64,000 bases of DNA from Oceanispirochaeta sp. (GTDB taxonomy: Bacteria; Spirochaetota; Spirochaetia; DSM-2461): assembly GCA_963666275.2 (NCBI GenBank), contig CAXXOA010000001.1:1504001-1568000 (forward strand), written 5' to 3'. The notes beneath the pieces were generated by a model. That model saw nothing but the letters and a program-made list of their open reading frames with translations. It had not been told where the DNA came from and did not search any database. How positions within the stretch are numbered: the first letter of the stretch is position 1; the number at the start of each line of letters is the position of its first letter. Made by a program: the position numbers and the translations under genes. This document shows positions 38,103 to 45,050 of the stretch, in pieces.

Positions 38103-40757
38103 TTGCAGAATATTGTTATATCCCTGAAGTTTAAACTGCTCATCTGGGTATTGCCGATCCTGCTGGCGGGGATGTCGCTTATGGGATTCGTTGCCTTCAG
38201 TTATATGATTACAGTGATTGAGAATGAGCTCACAAGCAGTAAGTTGCAGGTAATGGCCGGCACCGCCGAATCTATAGACCGCTGGTTCAGAACCCTGATG
38301 CTCGAACCCGAGACGATTGCTTCCACTCCGGCAGCCAAGAATATTAATGTCAGTTTTGAAGATTTTGATATTCAGAATATCAACAGGCATATGATACTCC
38401 ATGAAAAGTATCCGGACATATTTGAGGATATCTACGGTTCCAACCGCGAAGGGGTCTATCATACGGTCATAAGAAAAGAAGGGGAAATCCAGATATTTGA
38501 AGGGGATATTGCCAACCGGCCCTATTTTATTTCCATCATGAACGGAGGGCCGACCCAGATAACACCTCCTCTGATATCCAGAACCACAGGAATTCCCACA
38601 GTGTTTATTGTCGCTCCCATTACGGATAAAAATAAAACTCCTCAGGGTCTTGTGGGAACAGGCATTGCTCTGAACTATATCCAGCAGTTTGTAAATGAGA
38701 TGGAATCTGAACAGGGTGGTTTCGGATTTATTTATACCCCCCAGGGGGATCTTGTCGCCCATTCATCCATCAATGAGGTTATTGAGAAGAAAGTGCATCT
38801 GATTGACCTTTTTCCGGATACGCTACTGGTTCAGGATTTGCTTTCAAACCGGGATCGGGTATTCCGACATACCTATGATAATGAAGATTTTTTCATCTTT
38901 CTGAATCCTATCCCAGTCACCGGTTGGAGTCTGGCATCGGTTGTTTTTGCCTCTGAACTCTTTGCCCCGGCACATCAGATGATAAGAATCCTGGTCATCA
39001 TAGCTGTCATAACCATAGTCATAACCGCGGGGGCAGTCTATTATGCAATGGAAAAACTGATCCGTCCTCTGAAGAGCTTTGTTGCCATGACTGGTGAGAT
39101 CGCTTCAGGGAACTACTCCTCCGGAGATATCCCTATCATTTCCAAAGATGAGATTGGCGTTCTGGCCAACTCGTTCAACAGAATGAAAAACAATCTTCAG
39201 AACTCAATGGAACAGCTGCAGAAGAGCGAGGACAATTATCGGGGAATTTTTGAAAATTCCATGGAGGGAATTGTCCTGACAACTATCTCCGGCCAGGTGA
39301 TTACTGCCAATCCTGCGGTGGTTGAGATGCTCCATTGCTCTTCTCTGGAGGTTCTGATCAATTCCTACAGGGATATCCAGAATCAGATTTACAATAATCC
39401 TCATGACAGAGAGCGTATCATCCATTGTCTTTACAGGGATGGGAGCATTAAAAATGAAGAGCTGCAGTTCCGCTGCTGTGACGGTGAACTGATCTGGGTC
39501 TCTCTCAGCTCTTATCTTGTCCGGGATCCCTCAGGAGAGCCTCTCCGGATTGAATCCCTTTTATCGGATATTACAAAACGAAAAGAGATAGAAACAGAAA
39601 AGGAAAAGCTGTTTCAGGAGCTGGTTCAGTCCCAGAAACTGGAAGCTGTAGGGCAGCTTGCAGGAGGTGTGGCGCATGATTTCAATAATATGCTGGCGGC
39701 CATACTGGGAAGGACTGAACTTGCCCTGATGAAAATGGAGAAGTCAGATCCCTATTATGATGTTTTCTCTGAAATTTACGATGCGGCCCAGCACTCGGCA
39801 AATCTGACAAAGCAGCTGCTTGCATTTGCCAGAAAGCAGTCAGTTTCCCCTGAGAGCATTGTTATCAATACAGTTATTAAAAGTATGCTCACTCTTTTGC
39901 GACGGTTGATCACAGAAAATGTGGAACTGGTCTTTCATCCCCGGGATGACCTCTGGCAGGTGTTTATGGATCCTGATCAGATCGGCCAGATCCTGACCAA
40001 TCTTTGCGTGAATGCCAGAGATTCCATTGAAGGTTCCGGCAGGATAAGCATTACAACCGAGAATCTAAGTATCCAGGAAACAGTTGCAGAGCTTGAGGAG
40101 GGTATCCTTCCGGGAGACTATGTCTGTCTTTCTGTTGAAGATACCGGAAAAGGCATGGATGAAGAGACTCTGCCTCATATTTTCGAACCATTTTTTACCA
40201 CAAAAGAGCAGGGGAAAGGGACGGGACTGGGGCTTTCCACAATTTACGGTATAGTCAAACAGAATCATTCCCATATCAATGTATACAGTGAACCCGGCAG
40301 GGGCAGTATTTTCAGAATCTATATTCCCCGCTACAAGTCACAGGCTGAGGCTGCTGTAACCGCTACGTCAGAAAGGATTCAGAGGGTGAACGGGACTGTT
40401 CTGCTTGTGGAGGATGATAACCGTTTGCTGGGGATTACTAAAGTTATTCTGAAGAGTATAGGAGCCCGGGTTTTTGCCGCCGCCACTGCTGAGGAGGCTC
40501 TTGGAATTGCTCGTGACAGGGAAAATCAGATAGACCTGCTGTTGACCGATGTGATTATGCCTGACATGAACGGGTATGAGCTGTATACAGAAATATCCCG
40601 TTTAAGACCGGGAATAAAAAGTCTGTTTATGTCGGGATACAGTGCGGATATACTGGCACCCCAGGACATTATGGAAAAGGGGATCCATTTTATTCAGAAA
40701 CCTTTTTCAGTGAATGGGATGGCATATAAAATCAATGAAGTGCTGGGAAGGGATTAA
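38103..40757 (+). CDS. Hybrid sensor histidine kinase (Cache-HAMP-PAS-HisKA-HATPase-REC)
   Basis: Two TMs around a Cache-like domain; DEIGVLA HAMP; GVAHDFNN; FEPFFTTK..GKGTGLGL; LLTDVIMP receiver. Confidence 0.93.
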   Translation: MQNIVISLKFKLLIWVLPILLAGMSLMGFVAFSYMITVIENELTSSKLQVMAGTAESIDRWFRTLMLEPETIASTPAAKNINVSFEDFDIQNINRHMILHEKYPDIFEDIYGSNREGVYHTVIRKEGEIQIFEGDIANRPYFISIMNGGPTQITPPLISRTTGIPTVFIVAPITDKNKTPQGLVGTGIALNYIQQFVNEMESEQGGFGFIYTPQGDLVAHSSINEVIEKKVHLIDLFPDTLLVQDLLSNRDRVFRHTYDNEDFFIFLNPIPVTGWSLASVVFASELFAPAHQMIRILVIIAVITIVITAGAVYYAMEKLIRPLKSFVAMTGEIASGNYSSGDIPIISKDEIGVLANSFNRMKNNLQNSMEQLQKSEDNYRGIFENSMEGIVLTTISGQVITANPAVVEMLHCSSLEVLINSYRDIQNQIYNNPHDRERIIHCLYRDGSIKNEELQFRCCDGELIWVSLSSYLVRDPSGEPLRIESLLSDITKRKEIETEKEKLFQELVQSQKLEAVGQLAGGVAHDFNNMLAAILGRTELALMKMEKSDPYYDVFSEIYDAAQHSANLTKQLLAFARKQSVSPESIVINTVIKSMLTLLRRLITENVELVFHPRDDLWQVFMDPDQIGQILTNLCVNARDSIEGSGRISITTENLSIQETVAELEEGILPGDYVCLSVEDTGKGMDEETLPHIFEPFFTTKEQGKGTGLGLSTIYGIVKQNHSHINVYSEPGRGSIFRIYIPRYKSQAEAAVTATSERIQRVNGTVLLVEDDNRLLGITKVILKSIGARVFAAATAEEALGIARDRENQIDLLLTDVIMPDMNGYELYTEISRLRPGIKSLFMSGYSADILAPQDIMEKGIHFIQKPFSVNGMAYKINEVLGRD

Positions 40758-40760
40758 AAA

Positions 40761-41330
40761 ATGAAGCAGTCACAGATTTCTCCCCCGGGGAAAATACCTT
40801 TCATTCTAAGGCCCGCAGTGGCTGCCGCTGAAAAGATCTCAGGCAAGAGGATGGAGGCCGCCCGGATTCTCAGCTGGTCCATTCCTGCTTCTTTAGCGGC
40901 GGGAGTGCTTGAGTGGGGAATGGAGAAAGCCGCGGTCAGGATTCTGACTCCCCGGGCTGCCAAACTGATTCGCATGCAGGTTTCATTCACTGTGTCCTGT
41001 CCCTTCTGTATTGATATGAACAGCTTTCAGTATGAAAAAGCAGGGATAATCCGGGAAGAAGCCGTCGCCTTGAGCGAAGGCTCTTTCAGGGATTGTGAAA
41101 GTTTTTCTCCAGGGGAAAAGGTTATGCTCCAATGGGTTTCCGATATCTGTGCGACTCCCATTTCGGTTTCACCGGAGATCCTGGGAGAATTGATAAAACA
41201 CTATTCAGACAGGGAGATGACTGTCATGGGAGCTCTGGCTGGTAAAGTCAATTTCTGGGGGCGTCTTATGCAGGCCTATCAGATTCCTCCCGCAGGCTAC
41301 GGTGGTCTGAAGGAGTTTGATAGATTTTAA
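40761..41330 (+). CDS. Carboxymuconolactone decarboxylase / AhpD-like protein
   Basis: LIRMQVS...CPFCIDMN CxxC motif; starts 3 nt after the kinase stop. Confidence 0.8.
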   Translation: MKQSQISPPGKIPFILRPAVAAAEKISGKRMEAARILSWSIPASLAAGVLEWGMEKAAVRILTPRAAKLIRMQVSFTVSCPFCIDMNSFQYEKAGIIREEAVALSEGSFRDCESFSPGEKVMLQWVSDICATPISVSPEILGELIKHYSDREMTVMGALAGKVNFWGRLMQAYQIPPAGYGGLKEFDRF

Positions 41331-41363
41331 AAGGCGGAAAGCTCCGGTAGATTTCCGCCCTTT
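41329..41363. terminator. Bidirectional terminator
   Basis: AAAAGGCGGAAA..TTTCCGCCCTTT between convergent genes. Confidence 0.65.
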
Positions 41364-41380
41364 ATGACTCTGATTATCCT

Positions 41381-42637
41381 CTAGCGGGAGGCAAAGTCCA
41401 GCAGATAACCGGCAGAGAGAGTCAGGAAGGGAGCATTGTTCCCGAACATGGTCTGCCTGTATTCCAGTTCGATAAATCCCTTCATCAGGAGAAGCCCCAG
41501 GGATGAACCCAGATGAAAGCCGTAATCCGGTTCGGTTTCTATTTGCGATCCCATATAGGACATGTAGGTAAATCCCGGACCGATATTCCAGTATATATAT
41601 TTCCGGGGTTTTATGACATTGAACTTGAAAGTATTATTCAGGATCAGTATGGTCATATCCTCTTCATAAACCAGATCTTCGCTGTGGGGCGTCAGGTATC
41701 CGAAAGAAATATCTGAATCGACTGTCAGCCGGGGCAGCATATACATTGTTTTCAGGCCCATCAGGGATATATCAATACCATCCAGATCCTCTTCATCTTC
41801 CCTGTAGTTTTTGACCCCTGCCGTACCGCCCAGGGCCAGATATTTTATACCCGGTTCCTCTTCCTGTATCTGAGGTGATGCCGGAATGGGACCGGTGATA
41901 GGATAGTCTTTCATCCCTTCCGGTTTTTTTACCCATTGGATCTCCTTTTTCTCTTCCTGAATAACCGGTTCGGGCAGGGAAAAGAGCAGCACTTTCTCTT
42001 CGTCTTTCCCTATCTGTACAGTTTCATCATAGGCATACCGGGTTTCCCCGTCCTGAACATAGGATATTTTCAAATTGTAGGAACCGGCCATAATATTTTT
42101 GAGGGATTCCATATTCGTTCCCAGCTCTCTGCCATTGATTATGACCCTGTAATCGGCGGCAAAGCCGGAGTTGGTAAAGACAAGGGAACCGAAATCCACC
42201 TGGGAACCATGGATGGATGAGAGAATATCGATGATCATGGCATCGGTTATATCAAAAGAACTGAGTATATTATCGATCACCTGGGAATCCTGGTAGATAA
42301 CCTTGTCTATACGGCTGTCATAAACACCGAAGTTCAGTGAGAGAAGGCTTTCGGGTGTTAAATCTTCCCATCCATATATAAGGTAGTCTGTTTCAATTAA
42401 ACTGGAAAAGTTTTTAAGATTCTCCTGATCCTTGTAGATCCTGACAGATGGGATAGCCAGCAGGTTCATGTCACTCTGAATGGACACATTCATGGTAATG
42501 GCTTCCTGGGAGTTCTGAATGATCGGACTGTACTGGATGTTCCCTGTATTATTTTCAAAATCCAGAATGGTGACCGATTCAGAGCTCAAGAAAAAAAAGC
42601 CCTGAATGGCCAATAAAAGGGTGAGTAATTTTTTCAT
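41381..42637 (-). CDS. Exported multidomain protein (CsgG/TolB-N-like, PEGA-like, C-terminal beta-barrel-like)
   Basis: Signal peptide; VTILDFENNTG; YRVIINGRELG...GSYNLKIS; amphipathic C-terminal strands. Confidence 0.55.
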   Translation of the reverse strand: MKKLLTLLLAIQGFFFLSSESVTILDFENNTGNIQYSPIIQNSQEAITMNVSIQSDMNLLAIPSVRIYKDQENLKNFSSLIETDYLIYGWEDLTPESLLSLNFGVYDSRIDKVIYQDSQVIDNILSSFDITDAMIIDILSSIHGSQVDFGSLVFTNSGFAADYRVIINGRELGTNMESLKNIMAGSYNLKISYVQDGETRYAYDETVQIGKDEEKVLLFSLPEPVIQEEKKEIQWVKKPEGMKDYPITGPIPASPQIQEEEPGIKYLALGGTAGVKNYREDEEDLDGIDISLMGLKTMYMLPRLTVDSDISFGYLTPHSEDLVYEEDMTILILNNTFKFNVIKPRKYIYWNIGPGFTYMSYMGSQIETEPDYGFHLGSSLGLLLMKGFIELEYRQTMFGNNAPFLTLSAGYLLDFASR

Positions 42638-42799
42638 ACGTATCCTGTTGTTTGTTATTTCATATAATTAAACAATTTTTCCTGATCGGGGGTCAATCTA
42701 TTCTGCCTTTAAATATGATCCAGGGGAGCGGAAATAGATCTAGAGGAAAAAAAGGATTTTCATCCTCTGATGATCTCTTTCTTTTGAAATTATATAAAT

Positions 42800-42840
42800 A
42801 AAAAAGAGAATCACAGCAGGCTGCAATTCTCTTTTTTTTT
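42800..42840 (-). terminator. Terminator beyond the distal tmRNA-tail copy (likely the original ssrA terminator)
   Basis: AAAAAAGAGAAT..ATTCTCTTTTTT hairpin abutting the 42841 repeat. Confidence 0.7.
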
Positions 42841-42858
42841 GTTGGAGGTGGTGGGAAT
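42841..42858 (-). repeat. Distal copy of the tmRNA 3' end (att-like direct repeat)
   Basis: GTTGGAGGTGGTGGGAAT matches 44509-44526 at 17 of 18 positions. Confidence 0.85.
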
Positions 42859-43037
42859 ATTATATCGACTATATAGACTGAAACTGTTCAAATCGTAGGA
42901 AATGACCCTAAATCTCGACTAAAAAGACAAGTTCTTTAAAGTAGAGTATATACTTTTTGTATACTGGTTCTCTGGCTGAGATCTTTTACTTATACATAAC
43001 TAGGGATCTAGACTATTTAAGGAAATATAGGTAATTA

Positions 43038-43082
43038 TTGATATATTGTGTCAAATGGATGTATAATATAGTTCAGATGACA
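43038..43082 (+). promoter_or_regulatory. TA operon promoter with candidate operator
   Basis: TTGATA-N18-TATAAT; imperfect inverted repeat TGTCAAATGGA / TTCAGATGACA around the -10; AGGAGG RBS follows. Confidence 0.55.
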
Positions 43083-43093
43083 TAGGAGGTTTT

Positions 43094-43723
43094 ATGTCAG
43101 TAAAAAAAGAAATGAAGATTCCTTTGAATGAAAAAGTTATAGCTCCTGGGAAAGCTCGGAAAGCTATCATGGAACCCAATATACATAAAAAAACTTCTGA
43201 AACAAATGCTGTTCCAGTAAAAAGAGGTACAGTGACCCTTTCTCCTGGAATGGGTACAGTTATAAAAAAGCATGAGACTTCTCAGTCTCGAATTACGAAC
43301 CTTCTAGGTGTAACGCTTAATGGAAGAGATTATATGAAGGATGGGGATACCTCTTTTATTTTAGAGAAGATTTCTGAAAAATCTCTTCCTGTTAAATCAA
43401 TAAAAATCCTTCAAAGTGAGATTTCTCTTTCTAATGCTTCTTTCGCTCAGGTTATTGGAGTCAGTCCAAGTTCTCTTGCTCGATACAAAGGTTCTAAAAA
43501 TAAGGCACTTCCCCAAAAAGTCTCTGAACCTTTGGTAAAGCTTGCTGAAGTAACTGCTAAGGGGGAGGAGGTATTCGGTTCTGCTGCGAAATTTTCGAAA
43601 TGGTTTGAACGACCAAATTCTCAATTAGAAGGAAAAACCCCTAAGGATTTACTATCGACGCATTATGGACATAATCGAATAATGTCTCTATTGGGACGTT
43701 ATGAGTGGGGACTTTTTTCATAA
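43094..43723 (+). CDS. Xre/MbcA/ParS-family antitoxin
   Basis: HTH-like FAQVIGVSPSSLARYK; EVFGS..KFSKWFERPNSQLEGKTPKDLLST.YG...LLGR..WG toxin-binding domain. Confidence 0.9.
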   Translation: MSVKKEMKIPLNEKVIAPGKARKAIMEPNIHKKTSETNAVPVKRGTVTLSPGMGTVIKKHETSQSRITNLLGVTLNGRDYMKDGDTSFILEKISEKSLPVKSIKILQSEISLSNASFAQVIGVSPSSLARYKGSKNKALPQKVSEPLVKLAEVTAKGEEVFGSAAKFSKWFERPNSQLEGKTPKDLLSTHYGHNRIMSLLGRYEWGLFS

Positions 43724-44154
43724 TGTTTGTCTATCGCCTGACTTCTGATAAACACGCTGATGATTTAACTGGACAAGGAGCATGGTTACATGGTAGCCGC
43801 TGGAACTCTCCAGGAATTCGTATGTTATATACAGGAACTACTTTATCTCTTTGCACTTGTGAAGTTCTAGTACATCTCGATAAAGATCTAATTCCTGACA
43901 ACTTCGTAGTTGTTACGATTGAAATCCCGGATTATGAAACATATCCTATTTCTGAAATACCCCCTTCTGATCCACAGACAGCTTTGTATGGTGATGAGTG
44001 GATAAAAGGAGGATCTTCTCTTATCCTATACGTGAAGTCGATTGTAATTCCTTCTGAGTATAATATACTGATCAATCCAAGTCATTCAGAGATGAATTTA
44101 GTAAAAATTACTGACATTTCACCATATAATTTTGATGATCGTTTTTTTTCTTAG
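43723..44154 (+). CDS. RES-domain toxin (NAD+-consuming family)
   Basis: VYRL, G.GA.L.GSRWNSPG..MLY, E.LVH and V.S.VIPSEYNILINP.H motifs; TAATG stop/start coupling with the antitoxin. Confidence 0.92.
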   Translation: MFVYRLTSDKHADDLTGQGAWLHGSRWNSPGIRMLYTGTTLSLCTCEVLVHLDKDLIPDNFVVVTIEIPDYETYPISEIPPSDPQTALYGDEWIKGGSSLILYVKSIVIPSEYNILINPSHSEMNLVKITDISPYNFDDRFFS

Positions 44155-44329
44155 CTAATAAGATAGAGATTCATTTCTCATTGTGTTATTTGGTGGTATG
44201 GAAATCCCCCACTTTAGTTCTACCCACTTTGTAACTCCAATTGGCTACATTCTGGCTACAAAATAGTATATTATGAAAAAACGCCTTTTTTAAAATCTTA
44301 TTGTATATGAAGTTAAAAAAGACGTTTTA

Positions 44330-44348
44330 GTTGGAGGTGGCGGGAATC
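44330..44348 (-). repeat. Proximal copy of the tmRNA 3' end
   Basis: GTTGGAGGTGGCGGGAATC identical to 44509-44527. Confidence 0.9.
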
Positions 44349-44477
44349 CCTTCCGGTCGTAGGCGTCCTGCCTCCTTCCTGCAGGCCGGCTCTGTTCGTT
44401 AAATCCGCATCCCTGCGGATTTGCGCTGCGTGACTCGCGCCACTCTCTCCGCTTCGATTCCCATATTATTTATAAAT

Positions 44478-44507
44478 AAAAAAGCTCCCCTTGCGGAGAA
44501 CTTTTCT
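44478..44507 (-). terminator. Current ssrA terminator
   Basis: Minus strand AAAAGTTCTCC-GCAA-GGGGAGCTTTTTT. Confidence 0.75.
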
Positions 44508-44510
44508 GGT

Positions 44511-44888
44511 TGGAGGTGGCGGGAATCGAACCCGCGTCCTATTGGGCGTTGCATGAACGTCTACAAGTTTAGTCTTTTATTGAAGTTTCGAAAGGTACGA
44601 GGAGAAAAGACAATCCGTCACCGATCTACTTCCGGTTTAATGTTCCCTCTCAGTCCCGGATTAAAAAGAAGGTAAGTCCTGGTTTCTGGCGGATATCCGC
44701 ACCCTCAGAACGGCGTGTGCGGTATCCGTCGCGGCATTAATTAAGCTGCGATTGCAAGTGCGGAGTTACCGAAATCAACGATAACTTCATCTTCGTTTTT
44801 GGCACTTATCAAAAAGACAGTTTAAGGAGTTAACGCTCCACCTGCAGTCCACACCACGGACTCCAACAGTCGAAACCTTTACACCCCC
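44511..44888 (-). ncRNA. ssrA: tmRNA; tag reading frame 44803-44741 encodes AKNEDEVIVDFGNSALAIAA*
   Basis: 5' GGGGGTGTAAAGGTTTCGAC and 3' GGACGCGGGTTCGATTCCCGCCACCTCCA form an Ala-type acceptor stem with G-U; tag ORF ends in AA; smpB nearby. Confidence 0.96.
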
Positions 44889-44908
44889 GTTTACGGAGTG
44901 TGACAGGA

Positions 44909-44937
44909 ATAATAAATTGATTACAGATCCTCGTCAA
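44909..44937 (-). promoter_or_regulatory. ssrA promoter
   Basis: TTGACG-N17-TATTAT on the minus strand, about 20 nt upstream of the mature 5' end. Confidence 0.7.
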
Positions 44938-45050
44938 TGCTGAAAGTTCAGAAAAAAAACAGAAAAAATTATAATATCCCTTAAAATATCTCTATTTGAT
45001 TCTTATGAAATGAGTGTATAATTGCATTTCATTAAAAATACAGGTTAAAT

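Larger units (their letters stand above)
42841..44348. mobile_element. Minimal tmRNA-integrated genomic island (no integrase) carrying an Xre-RES TA module
   Basis: Flanked by direct repeats of the tmRNA 3' end; visibly AT-rich with A/T-ending codons unlike the flanks; short direct repeats near one end. Confidence 0.8.

Noticed and set aside
42860..44330. Integrase or transposase remnant inside the island
   Set aside because: The non-TA parts are only about 230 and 175 bp, and I see no R-H-R-Y or DDE-like fragments; a translated search would be needed to exclude a decayed piece.
42841..44530. Three near-identical 18-19 bp repeats as a CRISPR array
   Set aside because: Spacing is 1489 and 179 bp, the repeat is the tmRNA 3' end, and no cas genes are present.
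44421..44675. 84 aa ORF
   Set aside because: Antisense to the tmRNA 3' half; WRWRESNPRP is the typical shadow of a T-arm.
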